A DNA stretch of 50,935 bases from a virus (Duplodnaviria > Caudoviricetes). Location of the stretch: positions 1 through 50,935 of the IMG/VR virus record IMGVR_UViG_3300009426_000007; one strand, 5' to 3'. Shown here piece by piece: positions 1-9,027 of the stretch (its first letter is position 1; each line of letters begins with the position of its first letter). Made by a program: the position numbers and the translations under genes. Below the pieces are notes generated by a model that was not told the DNA's origin, did no database searches, and saw nothing but the letters and a program-made list of their open reading frames with translations.

Positions 1-564
1 GCCCTTAAGGGCCTATTCCGCATGACCACTCCGTATCTGGCGACGAAAGACATTCCGATGATCGCTATCAATCACATCTATCGTGAGATGGGGCTATTTC
101 CAAAAGCTATCGTTTCTGGTGGTACCGGCATCTATTACTCTGCCGATAATATTTGGATTGTTGGTCGTCAGCAGAATAAAGACAGTAAGGGAATTAAAGG
201 TTATCACTTCGTTATCGGTATTGAGAAATCCCGATATGTTAAAGAGAAATCAAAAATCCCAATCAGTGTAACTTGGGAAGAGGGCGTTAAGAAATATAGC
301 GGTCTATTAGAAGTCGCGGTTGCTGGCAAATTCGTTCATAAGGGTAAAAAGGGTCAATCCCTAGGTTATGCCAAAATGAACAACGAGACTGGTGAAGTGG
401 AAGAAGAGATCTATTACGAAAAAGATACCGATAATGGTGAATTCTGGCAAGAGATTCTGGACAATCCAGGATTCAAAGATTTCGTACAGAATCAATATCA
501 AATGGGTAAAGCTTCATTGGTCGATTTTGATGAAATTGTGAAATCGGACGTGGAGGTAGAATAA
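1..564 (+). CDS. uvsX: UvsX RecA-like recombinase, C-terminal part (5' end outside window)
   Basis: Frame is open from base 1 (ALKGLFRMTTPYL..IAINHIY..SGGTGIYYSADNIWIVGRQQ..KSRYVKEKSKIPI), typical of T4 UvsX; followed by gp40/gp41 as in T4. Confidence 0.93.
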   Translation, partial: ALKGLFRMTTPYLATKDIPMIAINHIYREMGLFPKAIVSGGTGIYYSADNIWIVGRQQNKDSKGIKGYHFVIGIEKSRYVKEKSKIPISVTWEEGVKKYSGLLEVAVAGKFVHKGKKGQSLGYAKMNNETGEVEEEIYYEKDTDNGEFWQEILDNPGFKDFVQNQYQMGKASLVDFDEIVKSDVEVE

Positions 565-860
565 TGACTATTGAAATAGAAAGAGCTATGAAGGAGAACC
601 AAGATTATGAATTAGTCCCCTCAGGATCTGACATTTGGAATGTCAGAATTCTGTCTGGGGATTTTGTCGAAACGGTAATCAAATTTGGTACAGTCAAGTT
701 GACTGAGTCTGATGAACTGTCCTATAATTTTGAAATTGTTGATAGTCCGGACGGGACATTACATCCTGAAAATGGGGGTTTACAAAAGGCGGCAGGTGCG
801 ATACTATTAGATGTTATTGGTAATCAAGCGGGTTATATTGGAGATAAGAAGGATGGGTGA
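564..860 (+). CDS. gp40-like head assembly chaperone / conserved T4-like protein
   Basis: 98-aa acidic ORF at the gp40 position between uvsX and gene 41; call rests mainly on synteny. Confidence 0.5.
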   Translation: MTIEIERAMKENQDYELVPSGSDIWNVRILSGDFVETVIKFGTVKLTESDELSYNFEIVDSPDGTLHPENGGLQKAAGAILLDVIGNQAGYIGDKKDG

Positions 861-1098
861 TACCAGGAGCTGGGCTGCTGAAAAAGAGGATGAAACGAAA
901 ACCTGTAAATATGGAAAGGTGCGTAAATACTTCGACAAATGCACCTGTGATGGGTGCAGAGTAGAAAAAGCTGAGAGTGATAGATTGGAGCAGCTGATAA
1001 AGGATTTCAGTTACGATCTTAAAATAAAGCTAAAAGATATGCACCCATCCACTTGGGAAAAGCAATTAGAAGAGAGGTTGAATATTGAATGTAAATAA
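853..1098 (+). CDS. hypothetical protein with CxCxxC motif
   Basis: ATG 853 overlaps the end of the previous gene; contains KCTCDGC. Confidence 0.6.
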   Translation: MGDTRSWAAEKEDETKTCKYGKVRKYFDKCTCDGCRVEKAESDRLEQLIKDFSYDLKIKLKDMHPSTWEKQLEERLNIECK

Positions 1099-1735
1099 TA
1101 TCAATCTTGAGCAGGTAGTATTGAAAAATATCCTCACTAATGAGGACTATATGCGAAAGGTTTTACCTTATATTAGACCGGATTATTTTGAAGGTGTATA
1201 TAAGAAACTGTTTATTGAAATAGGGCTCTATGTAGGAAAGTATAATAAACTGCCGTCATTAGAAACCTTTAAGGTATCAATTGACGATAAGAAGTGGACA
1301 GCAGAGCATTATGCTCATATCATGGAAATTGTCCCCTCGTTATTTAGTAAAGATAATGTGACTGATGAAACCTGGCTTCACGAGACAACAGAGAAATGGT
1401 GTCAGGATAGAGCATTACATAATGCTATCATGGAGTCGATTACTATTATTGACGGTAAACATTCGACTCTGACAAAAACCGCATTACCCGAGATATTACA
1501 AAAAGCATTAGGTGTGTCTTTCGACTCTATGATTGGCCACAACTACTTTGATAATGCTGAAGAGCGTTATGAGTTTTATCATACCGAAGAGCAGCGCATT
1601 CCTTTCGATATTGAGATGCTTAATAAGATTACTAAGGGTGGATTAGCCCTTAAAAGTCTTAATATTATACTTGCTGGTTGTGTGCATCCAGATACCAAGG
1701 TAACTGTTCGTATTAAACGTAAGCCCAATCTTTAA
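1085..1735 (+). CDS. 41: gp41 replicative helicase N-fragment fused to an 18-aa N-intein
   Basis: T4-like gp41 N-terminus (EDYMRKVLPYI, TEKWCQDRALHNAI, IPFDIEMLNKITKGG) ends at NIILAG, half of Walker A, then CVHPDTKVTVRIKRKPNL*. Confidence 0.93.
   Translation: MNVNNINLEQVVLKNILTNEDYMRKVLPYIRPDYFEGVYKKLFIEIGLYVGKYNKLPSLETFKVSIDDKKWTAEHYAHIMEIVPSLFSKDNVTDETWLHETTEKWCQDRALHNAIMESITIIDGKHSTLTKTALPEILQKALGVSFDSMIGHNYFDNAEERYEFYHTEEQRIPFDIEMLNKITKGGLALKSLNIILAGCVHPDTKVTVRIKRKPNL
1679..1732 (+). mobile_element. split intein N-fragment (IntN, 18 aa)
   Basis: Block A motif C-V-H-P-D-T-K-V immediately after extein ...LAG. Confidence 0.9.
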
Positions 1736-2498
1736 ACTTTGGGGACTTTAACCAGTAACATATCTGAGCACTGGAGACCGAATATTCTTCCGAGGCTTTA
1801 GCCAAAGAATTGAATATTCGGGTTCCATCAGTAACGGCCTTTCGTTTTTTAGATGGCCCGAATTTTTTACCTTTATTGGGTTTAATAGGAGAACCTAATA
1901 AGTAACCCTTTTTTAGCTTATCATCAACTTCATCAATAGGAACCCTGATAAATGTAGTATCACCTTTTTTATACATGCACTTTTTGCCTTTATGAGAAGC
2001 ACCGCCCAAGCTCGCTCTTTCTTTAAGACCTTCTTCAGAGCACCAATATTGAAATTCGGGGGAATTTAGATGTCCGATTAATCCACCCATACGGCCTCTT
2101 TCTTTAAGACCTTCTTCAGAGCACCAATATTGAAATACTGGGGAATTGGCAGCGCCCTTCTTAGACCATTCACTTTGGACTTCTTTACTATAGCTAAAAA
2201 AGCCTATATTATGGTCTCTACAAAATATGCCTATTTGTCTTCTATATTCTACAGACAAATTCGCACCTAGCATTTGCATACTTCTTAAGTCATTAGGATT
2301 TTTATATATGCGCCAAAGGAGATAATGAGCTATAATGTGCTCGCGAACAGTTAAATAAGTATAATTTTCTTTATTATCAGTACCACCTGAATGTTTAGGT
2401 ATAATATGATGTCTATGCAGTCCAGATCCGGGCTTATATTGAGCATCTCGAGATTTTCTATCTTCGCATAGATTGTTATAGATATTTTGGCTATTCAT
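1713..2498 (-). CDS. free-standing HNH homing endonuclease with C-terminal NUMOD1-like HTH
   Basis: HRHHIIPKHSGGTDNKENYTYLTVREHIIAHYLL HNH motif; C-terminal IFNSLAKASEEYSVSSAQICYWLK; lies between the two helicase halves. Confidence 0.9.
   Translation of the reverse strand: MNSQNIYNNLCEDRKSRDAQYKPGSGLHRHHIIPKHSGGTDNKENYTYLTVREHIIAHYLLWRIYKNPNDLRSMQMLGANLSVEYRRQIGIFCRDHNIGFFSYSKEVQSEWSKKGAANSPVFQYWCSEEGLKERGRMGGLIGHLNSPEFQYWCSEEGLKERASLGGASHKGKKCMYKKGDTTFIRVPIDEVDDKLKKGYLLGSPIKPNKGKKFGPSKKRKAVTDGTRIFNSLAKASEEYSVSSAQICYWLKSPKFKDWAYV
2015..2136. repeat. 41-bp direct repeat (81-bp period) inside the HNH gene
   Basis: ctctttctttaagaccttcttcagagcaccaatattgaaat at 2015 and 2096, encoding FQYWCSEEGLKER twice on the - strand. 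Confidence 0.9.
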
Positions 2499-2501
2499 GG
2501 A

Positions 2502-2530
2502 TTTACATTCTTTCTTTAATGTGATATAAT
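2502..2530 (+). promoter_or_regulatory. sigma70-type early promoter for the helicase C-fragment
   Basis: TTTACA-N17-TATAAT just upstream of ATG 2579. Confidence 0.8.
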
Positions 2531-2578
2531 GTACTTATAATAACTGAAATTTAGGACAACGTTTAGGATAATATTAAG

Positions 2579-2956
2579 ATGCATCAAACAAAAGTTATTA
2601 AAATTAGCGAAATAGAGAAGCTAATACAAGCCGGCTATGAGGTAGAAGTTGAATCTCCCGACGGGTTTGTGCCAGTTACGGATTTCGTTGATAAAGGTAT
2701 GTGGGAAGAATATATACTGTCTTTTGAAGACCCCGACTTAACCCCCGTTAGATGCAATGAAAATCATCTCTTTGAAACTACGGTAGGATGGGTATCAGCG
2801 AAAGAGCTATTAGGTAAAGACCTTGTTAACTTTATAACAAAGCATGGGCTGAAGCAAGGTTCGGTGAATAGAACCTACGAGAAAATCCCTATTGTCGACA
2901 TTCAAGTTGACCACGAAAATCATCGATATTACACTGAAGATGTCAGTTCACATAAT
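2579..2956 (+). mobile_element. split intein C-fragment (IntC, 126 aa, ends His-Asn; +1 residue Thr)
   Basis: ...SSHN|TGVGKS junction at 2956/2957. Confidence 0.9.
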
Positions 2957-3745
2957 ACGGGCGTGGGTAAGTCCCTGGCAATGTGTCACTTTGCTGCCGC
3001 CGCAGTTGCAGCAGGACAGAATGTTCTATATATCACCATGGAGATGAGCGAAGAACGGATCGCGGAAAGAATCGATGCTAATCTGCTCGATATACCTATT
3101 GATCAGATTGACAAGCTTCCCAAAGATATGTTTAAATCTAAGATTGCCACCCTTAAGCGGAAGACCCAGGGTGAATTGATGATTAAAGAATATCCTACTG
3201 GTGCCGCTAGCGCAGCACATTTCAGGTCACTTTTAAATGAATATAAGCTCAAGAAGAACTTTGTTCCTGATATCATCTTTGTTGATTACTTAAACATTTG
3301 CGCGTCCTCTCGTCTTAAGATGGGCGGATCAATGAACAGTTATACCTATATCAAATCCATTGCCGAAGAACTGAGGGGATTAGCACAAGAGTTTAATCTG
3401 CCACTAGTGAGCGCAACTCAGACTACACGCTCAGGATTCGGTAATAGTGATATCGGGCTTGAAGACACCTCTGAGTCATTCGGTCTTCCCGCAACTGCAG
3501 ATCTGATGTTTGCTCTTACTACTAATGACGAATTGGAAGCAATGGGGCAGATTGCAATCAAGCAACTTAAGAATAGATACAATGACCTTAACCAACATAA
3601 GCGATTCGTCCTTGGGGTAGATAAGTCTAAGATGAGATTATATGATGTTGATGACGGTGAACAAAACTTGGTTCAAGATATACCAATGTTTGATCGAGGC
3701 GAAATCGGAGACCGCGATAAATTCTCCGGCTTTAAAATGGAGTAA
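2579..3745 (+). CDS. 41: 126-aa C-intein fused to gp41 helicase C-fragment
   Basis: HINT motifs (RCNENHLF block B; IVDIQV..HRYY..SSHN blocks F/G), then TGVGKS, YITMEMSEE, IIFVDYLN, SATQTTRSG, SESFGLPATAD. Confidence 0.94.
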   Translation: MHQTKVIKISEIEKLIQAGYEVEVESPDGFVPVTDFVDKGMWEEYILSFEDPDLTPVRCNENHLFETTVGWVSAKELLGKDLVNFITKHGLKQGSVNRTYEKIPIVDIQVDHENHRYYTEDVSSHNTGVGKSLAMCHFAAAAVAAGQNVLYITMEMSEERIAERIDANLLDIPIDQIDKLPKDMFKSKIATLKRKTQGELMIKEYPTGAASAAHFRSLLNEYKLKKNFVPDIIFVDYLNICASSRLKMGGSMNSYTYIKSIAEELRGLAQEFNLPLVSATQTTRSGFGNSDIGLEDTSESFGLPATADLMFALTTNDELEAMGQIAIKQLKNRYNDLNQHKRFVLGVDKSKMRLYDVDDGEQNLVQDIPMFDRGEIGDRDKFSGFKME

Positions 3746-3748
3746 TAG

Positions 3749-4021
3749 ATGAAAATTTATAGAATAATACCTTTGTCAAAAGGGGGTGAATTTGGATTCG
3801 GTGTTCAATGTCGTAAGAAGGGTTGGGCACTATTTAATCCATGGCACGAGGTTAACAATATGCGCAGCCCTGATCCGAGAGAGTGGTCGGGGTTTTTCAA
3901 ATACTCTAGTTTAGCGGAGGAAGAAATTAAATTTCGAATAGAAGAAGATGAAAAGCTCGCTCGCGAAGAAGATTTGAAACGAAATTGGGCCCGGTCAAAT
4001 CCACCGAGAAGATATCCATGA
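3749..4021 (+). CDS. hypothetical protein
   Basis: 90-aa ORF with GGAG RBS, tightly packed. Confidence 0.7.
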   Translation: MKIYRIIPLSKGGEFGFGVQCRKKGWALFNPWHEVNNMRSPDPREWSGFFKYSSLAEEEIKFRIEEDEKLAREEDLKRNWARSNPPRRYP

Positions 4022-4239
4022 TGGAGTCTGTTCTTATTGCATATTTGATACTTGGTATTATCGTTATTATTTTGACACATTCTTTGGATGAGGAATTATT
4101 GTATAGTTTGCAATCAATTTCTCCTCTAGAATCTATTATATCATTATTGATATTAGTTCCAATCTGGCCCGTACATTTATTTATTAGATATGAATGTATT
4201 CCACGTAAATGGATAATTAGAAATTGGAGAAGAAAATGA
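4018..4239 (+). CDS. hypothetical membrane protein
   Basis: ATGA overlap with the previous stop; two hydrophobic segments. Confidence 0.65.
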   Translation: MMESVLIAYLILGIIVIILTHSLDEELLYSLQSISPLESIISLLILVPIWPVHLFIRYECIPRKWIIRNWRRK

Positions 4240-4925
4240 CAGTAAAAATATTAGCATACAGTCAACCTGTGAATGCTTTAAAGAAAAAAGATATTGAAAC
4301 CGCCGCTGAATTTATTGCATATTGTGCAAGAGTGTCGAATCCCGCAAATCAGTATAATAATAAGACTGCTGACAAGCTTATCAATTATTTGGTTAAACAT
4401 CGACATTGGTCTCCTCTCGAGATGGCGAGCGCGACTCTCGAAATTGAATCTACTCGTGATATTATCAGACAAATGCTCCGTCACCGTTCATTCTCTTTTC
4501 AAGAATTTTCTCAGCGATATGCTGACCCTAATAGCATGGATAATGCGTTTGTTGTTAGAGAAGCACGGCTCCAAGATCCTGACAATCGACAGAATTCCAT
4601 CGATTTAGATTTTCTTAATCTGGGTCATGACCAACTAAATGCTGAATGGGCCATGAAACAGGAAATGATCATACATGAAGCAAAAATGGCTTATGACTGG
4701 GCAATATCAAAGGGTATTGCAAAGGAACAAGCGCGCTGCGTTCTTCCTGAAGGAAACACGGTCTCGCGCGTGATAATGAACGGTACTCTTCGCTCGTGGG
4801 TTCACTTTTGTGATGTTAGAACTGAAGAAGGTACCCAAAAAGAACATCGGATGATTGCTAGGGAAGTCGCCTATGTTATTGGTACAATTTTCCCTCCAAT
4901 TAAGGATTATAACCATGCAGGATAG
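4236..4925 (+). CDS. thyX: flavin-dependent thymidylate synthase
   Basis: HWSPLE, RQMLRHRSFSFQEFSQRY ThyX motif, AKEQAR, TQKEHR; GGAG RBS before ATG 4236. Confidence 0.97.
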   Translation: MTVKILAYSQPVNALKKKDIETAAEFIAYCARVSNPANQYNNKTADKLINYLVKHRHWSPLEMASATLEIESTRDIIRQMLRHRSFSFQEFSQRYADPNSMDNAFVVREARLQDPDNRQNSIDLDFLNLGHDQLNAEWAMKQEMIIHEAKMAYDWAISKGIAKEQARCVLPEGNTVSRVIMNGTLRSWVHFCDVRTEEGTQKEHRMIAREVAYVIGTIFPPIKDYNHAG

Positions 4926-5115
4926 ACTGATTAAAAGTTTTACCAAGGGCTCATGCAGATTAGATATTTTCTTCTCTGGTTCCGATGAGACCTTCTATAC
5001 TCAAGAGTTTAAAGATGGGACATTACATGAAACTAAGACATATGATGATGCAACCTTTGAAACCCTTGATGAAATGGGCAGAAATTGGACCAATCGGGTC
5101 TTTTTAACAGAATAG
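4915..5115 (+). CDS. hypothetical protein
   Basis: 66-aa ORF overlapping the thyX stop. Confidence 0.6.
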   Translation: MQDRLIKSFTKGSCRLDIFFSGSDETFYTQEFKDGTLHETKTYDDATFETLDEMGRNWTNRVFLTE

Positions 5116-5118
5116 GGA

Positions 5119-5147
5119 TTTACAACCCTATCCGTTTATGATATAAT
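5119..5147 (+). promoter_or_regulatory. early promoter with stem-loop around -35 (PeSL-like)
   Basis: ATAGGG-aTTTACAa-CCCTAT; TATAAT after 17 nt. Confidence 0.8.
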
Positions 5148-5169
5148 GATATTAACAAAAGGATAAATT

Positions 5170-5730
5170 ATGGAATTACCCAAAATTCGAAAGTTGAGAT
5201 TACCCAAAATTCTTATATGTGGTCACGGTCGCCACGGTAAAGATACTGTTGCAGAAATATTAGAGCTACATTTTGGATTTAGGTATTCGTCATCGTCTAA
5301 TTGGTGTTCGGAGCACGTCGTGTTCCCGAAGCTTAAGCACAAGTATAATTATGTCACCATAGAGCAATGCTATGAGGATAGAGTTAATCATAGATCCGAA
5401 TGGTTTGACATTATAAGTGAATATAATTCTCCAGACAGAACTACGCTCGGTAGAGCTATTCTAGCCGAAGGCGACATTTATGTAGGTCTTCGAAATAAAG
5501 CAGAAATGTGGGCGCTTAGAAACACGCGCGTGTTTGATATATCTATTTGGATAGATGCACTCGATCGATTACCACCAGAAGATAAATCCAGTATGACTAT
5601 TGAACCTTGGATGTGCGATTTCTGGATTGATAATAATGGTAGCCCTGATGAACTAACTTTTAACACGGTTTCTTGGGGGAATACATTATTAGGCCGTGAT
5701 ATTGAAAAAGTAAATTTGGAGATGAAATGA
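5170..5730 (+). CDS. deoxynucleoside monophosphate kinase-like P-loop protein
   Basis: ICGHGRHGKDTVAE P-loop; WIDNNGS C-terminal motif. Confidence 0.75.
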   Translation: MELPKIRKLRLPKILICGHGRHGKDTVAEILELHFGFRYSSSSNWCSEHVVFPKLKHKYNYVTIEQCYEDRVNHRSEWFDIISEYNSPDRTTLGRAILAEGDIYVGLRNKAEMWALRNTRVFDISIWIDALDRLPPEDKSSMTIEPWMCDFWIDNNGSPDELTFNTVSWGNTLLGRDIEKVNLEMK

Positions 5731-6044
5731 ATATTGCATTAGATTATGATGGCACTTTTACTAAAGACCCGTATTCGTGGTGTAATGCTATGGATGTTTT
5801 AAAATTAGCAGGACATAGAGTCATTGGGGTTACTATGCGTAGGCCTAGTGAATCAACCAGTATATTGGATAGCTATTTTGCAGCATGCGATACGGTTATA
5901 TACACAAGCCGGCGGGGTAAGAGAGATTTCGTAAAAGAAGCCGGTATTGTTATTGATGTGTGGATTGATGATACCCCTGAATGGGTGTTATACGATGCTA
6001 TTAAAACCGACATTTATGACGAGAGCAAGGATAAAAATGGATAA
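5727..6044 (+). CDS. HAD-family phosphatase
   Basis: IALDYDGT motif I, VTMR motif II, K, WIDD motif IV. Confidence 0.8.
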   Translation: MNIALDYDGTFTKDPYSWCNAMDVLKLAGHRVIGVTMRRPSESTSILDSYFAACDTVIYTSRRGKRDFVKEAGIVIDVWIDDTPEWVLYDAIKTDIYDESKDKNG

Positions 6045-6084
6045 AAATAGATACCCCATTAACGTATTAAAACTTTATGGGGGG

Positions 6085-6113
6085 TTTACATTTGATTTGA
6101 ATTGTGGTATAAT
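6085..6113 (+). promoter_or_regulatory. early promoter
   Basis: GGGG-TTTACA-N17-TATAAT; near-identical to the copy at 10181. Confidence 0.8.
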
Positions 6114-6137
6114 GCATGTATATTAAAGGAGAATTAC

Positions 6138-6317
6138 ATGTTAGAATATTATTGGAACAAATGGTTCAGCTCTGGCCGGGATTTGAAAAGTGTAAACTAT
6201 TGGAATCTTAGATTCTCGGAGGATTACTCAGACGACCTTTTTAAAGAAGATTTGAAAAAAGCTTTTGAAGCAGGTTACGAAGCAGGTTACGAAGAATCAT
6301 TAACCCCTAAAAGGTAA
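6138..6317 (+). CDS. hypothetical protein
   Basis: AAGGAG RBS before ATG 6138; AFEAGYEAGY motif. Confidence 0.65.
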   Translation: MLEYYWNKWFSSGRDLKSVNYWNLRFSEDYSDDLFKEDLKKAFEAGYEAGYEESLTPKR

Positions 6318-6321
6318 GAAT

Positions 6322-7437
6322 ATGTCATATATGATGAAAAAACTATATAAGCAAGATACGCTAGGAAAGATCCGCGAATGGCGGATCGAAATTGATGATA
6401 ATGCTTATCGCACCCTCGCGGGCGTACTTGATGGTAAAATCGTTGTTTCTGGTTGGCAATATGCCGAAGCTAAGAATGAGGGTAAAGTCAATGCGACTAC
6501 TCCTGCCGAACAGGCCCAGAGTGAGGTAGCTTCTAAATATCTAGATCAGGTTACTACCGGTGGATATTATGATACGATCGAATTGGCGAAAGAAGGTATT
6601 CCTGTTTTCACTCAGCCAATGCTTGCTCAGAAATACGATCAGAAGAAAATCAAATTTCCTGTTATAAGTCAGCCTAAGTTCGACGGCGTTCGATGTATTG
6701 CGACTAAAGACGGTTTATTCTCACGTAAGGGTAAACCTCTAGTATCGGTGCCACATATTCATGAAGCTCTTAAGTCTTATTTCGAAAGTTTCCCCAATCA
6801 TAAGTTGGACGGCGAATTATATAACCATGAACTTAGAGATGATTTCGATAAGATTATCTCCCTAGTTCGGAAATCCAAGCCGACGGATGAAGATATTGCG
6901 GAATCTGCCAAAAAGGTGAATTATTGCGTATATGATGTTATTGAGCCTAAGGATAGAAAATTTACCGATCGTTTCTTTGATGTAGTAACTGAAATTCACG
7001 GCTTAGCCGATTCTATTCAACCTACTCAAAGTAAAAGGGTTTATAACCAAGCAGATCTAGATAAGATATATGGTGAATATCTTGAGGATGGTTATGAAGG
7101 CCAAATGGTTCGATACGATGAAAAGTATGAAGCAAAACGCTCTAAGTTTCTATTAAAAAGGAAAGAGTTTTTAGATGAAGAATTTGAGATTATCTCAGTT
7201 GATGAGGGGCTCGGAAATTGGGCTGGATATGCTAAATTCATATCAATTAAGCTTGGTGACGGGTCAACCCAGAAATCGGGACTACGAGGGGATTTCGAGA
7301 CTAACTCTAAGCGGCTTGCTGAAGCGAGTGAATACGTTGGTGGACAAGCAACCGTAAGATTTCAGAATAGAACACCGGATGGCAAACTTAGATTTCCTGT
7401 TGCCGTAGCACTTTATAAAGGGAAAAGAGATCTATGA
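6322..7437 (+). CDS. lig: ATP-dependent DNA ligase
   Basis: QPKFDGVR (motif I), LDGE (III), YDV (IIIa), EGQMVR (IV), LLKRK (V), LRFPV (VI). Confidence 0.96.
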   Translation: MSYMMKKLYKQDTLGKIREWRIEIDDNAYRTLAGVLDGKIVVSGWQYAEAKNEGKVNATTPAEQAQSEVASKYLDQVTTGGYYDTIELAKEGIPVFTQPMLAQKYDQKKIKFPVISQPKFDGVRCIATKDGLFSRKGKPLVSVPHIHEALKSYFESFPNHKLDGELYNHELRDDFDKIISLVRKSKPTDEDIAESAKKVNYCVYDVIEPKDRKFTDRFFDVVTEIHGLADSIQPTQSKRVYNQADLDKIYGEYLEDGYEGQMVRYDEKYEAKRSKFLLKRKEFLDEEFEIISVDEGLGNWAGYAKFISIKLGDGSTQKSGLRGDFETNSKRLAEASEYVGGQATVRFQNRTPDGKLRFPVAVALYKGKRDL

Positions 7438-7565
7438 CGGTTTTCGTAAACCTATTCGACCTTATTGGTCTTGGTATATTTTTGATTATCTTATTGGTAT
7501 ATTTTATCAGTGAGTATCGATATAAACAGAGACAACGAAGGCGTGACGAGGGCCGTGACAATTAA
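7434..7565 (+). CDS. small membrane protein (43 aa)
   Basis: Translated by hand: MTVFVNLFDLIGLGIFLIILLVYFISEYRYKQRQRRRDEGRDN. Confidence 0.55.
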   Translation: MTVFVNLFDLIGLGIFLIILLVYFISEYRYKQRQRRRDEGRDN

Positions 7566-7641
7566 ATACGAATTAAATGCATAAAGGGGATTTACATTCC
7601 CCTTTTTTTGTGGTATAATGCATGCATATTAAACGAAAAGG
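7543..7641 (+). repeat. promoter/terminator cassette copy (GTGAC repeats, TTAA-N7-TTAA, hairpin around -35, TATAAT, RBS)
   Basis: Closely similar to 16571-16670 and 17726-17825; -35 at 7591, -10 at 7614. Confidence 0.9.
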
Positions 7642-7649
7642 GACAAATT

Positions 7650-7760
7650 ATGACTCTCGATATTCTTGCTTCAATTGACTGGAACCATTGGATTAGCTTC
7701 GGCGTCCTCTTATTCATTCTTTTTGTAGCTTTACCGTGGATCGGAAAGCACTTTTCGTAA
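7650..7760 (+). CDS. small membrane protein (36 aa)
   Basis: Directly after the cassette RBS; MTLDILASIDWNHWISFGVLLFILFVALPWIGKHFS. Confidence 0.6.
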   Translation: MTLDILASIDWNHWISFGVLLFILFVALPWIGKHFS

Positions 7761-7786
7761 ATCTCTTATTAAGGAAGGAATATATA

Positions 7787-7963
7787 ATGATCAAGATCGT
7801 TGCAGTCATTATCTTTGTTTTTTCTTCGGGTACTCAGGAGGTCGAATATAAAACCTTTTACAGTATACTAGAATGCCAAGCATGGTCTAGACAAGAGTCT
7901 TTCATGCCAGTTCCTCATAAAGATGTGATCAATAAAGAAGTTATTTGTTTGTTAGGAGAATAA
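7787..7963 (+). CDS. small secreted/membrane hypothetical protein
   Basis: AAGGA RBS; hydrophobic N-terminus; two Cys. Confidence 0.6.
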   Translation: MIKIVAVIIFVFSSGTQEVEYKTFYSILECQAWSRQESFMPVPHKDVINKEVICLLGE

Positions 7964-7964
7964 A

Positions 7965-8186
7965 ATGTCAGTTTATGAAGATTATCCACAAGCCGTATTA
8001 GTTGAAACTTGTGAGACTCTAGAAGCTCGCGTGAAAGCATTAGAAGCGGCTCTTGAGACTTTCGTAGAAGCGAAAGACTATTTCATGTTGGCTGATTGGG
8101 AGGATCGTTCTGCAGCAACAGCTTTGCGCTTATGCGAAGACGGTGAACGCGTCTTATATCCAGATAGAGTCGTAAAATCTTGGTAA
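7965..8186 (+). CDS. hypothetical coiled-coil protein
   Basis: AGGAG RBS; LEARVKALEAAL. Confidence 0.7.
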   Translation: MSVYEDYPQAVLVETCETLEARVKALEAALETFVEAKDYFMLADWEDRSAATALRLCEDGERVLYPDRVVKSW

Positions 8187-8219
8187 CATAAATACCCTTA
8201 TAAACAAGGATATCCGAAA

Positions 8220-8462
8220 TTGCGAAGAAGAATTCAAAGCTTTTGCTACGGTTGGTCTACTAGAATCTCTGAGTTTTTTGGAGGTCCTGAGGGAATGTCA
8301 ATCTGTGCTAGACTCACATACATGTGGATTCATTCTTCTCGTCACCACTTACCTTTCCATCTACATGTGATAAATTGGTACTTTAGGTACCACGAAAAGG
8401 ATCATTGTTGGCAGGAATATAAGAGATATATCCTACATAAAAAATCTAATAATTACGAATAA
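8220..8462 (+). CDS. hypothetical protein
   Basis: ATAAATA late-type box at ~8188 and AAGGA RBS; SICAR...EKDHC motifs. Confidence 0.6.
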   Translation: MRRRIQSFCYGWSTRISEFFGGPEGMSICARLTYMWIHSSRHHLPFHLHVINWYFRYHEKDHCWQEYKRYILHKKSNNYE

Positions 8463-9027
8463 AAGGTGTGCCATTCTGTGTGGCAGGTGTGACTGTTGGC
8501 TTAGGAACAGTCATGGTAAAGACCGATTTGATTACACCCACGCCACAATCATGAAATACGGTGAAGATTAGAGCTGGAAAGTCCGGATAAGGTACAAGTT
8601 TCCACCAACCAAAATCTATATCCTTTTCAGCCTCTCGCGCATAAGGATTTCTTAATTCCCCGACATTATCATCCTCTCCGAGAGATAGAATTTCTGGTGT
8701 TAAAAGACCCTCTCGTTTCACAATTAAGTCATCAAGAAATACTATAGATTCGAAGCTCTTGGAGCCATATGTAGCTGATATAGCAATAGGTGGGCCACAT
8801 TCTTCAGAGGATCTTATTTTATCGCCTTTGACATGTATATAAATAGCATTTGAATTAGGTACTCTACGCGCGTCAATTATTCTCATATTAGCAACAACGG
8901 GGTCGGTTAGTTTCGAAATCTTCGTTAATTCCGCACTGGTTTGATATATAGCATAAGGGACAGCCATTATGGTTAATGCCAAAACGCCCCCTATAAAATT
9001 TGATTTAAGTCTGTGAAAAGGTATCAT
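8446..9027 (-). CDS. N-terminally anchored membrane protein with periplasmic domain
   Basis: One TM segment (FIGGVLALTIMAVPYAIY), two Cys; coupled to the upstream - strand gene. Confidence 0.7.
   Translation of the reverse strand: MIPFHRLKSNFIGGVLALTIMAVPYAIYQTSAELTKISKLTDPVVANMRIIDARRVPNSNAIYIHVKGDKIRSSEECGPPIAISATYGSKSFESIVFLDDLIVKREGLLTPEILSLGEDDNVGELRNPYAREAEKDIDFGWWKLVPYPDFPALIFTVFHDCGVGVIKSVFTMTVPKPTVTPATQNGTPFIRNY

Noticed and set aside
1735-2579. Group I intron or frameshift explaining the broken helicase
   Set aside because: Intein motifs sit on both fragments, the interval is filled by an antisense ORF, and the C-fragment has its own promoter; no intron core seen.
5176-6295. Short tandem duplications (ATTACCCAAAATTC x2; GAAGCAGGTTAC x2)
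   Set aside because: Simple in-frame slippage repeats with no wider pattern.
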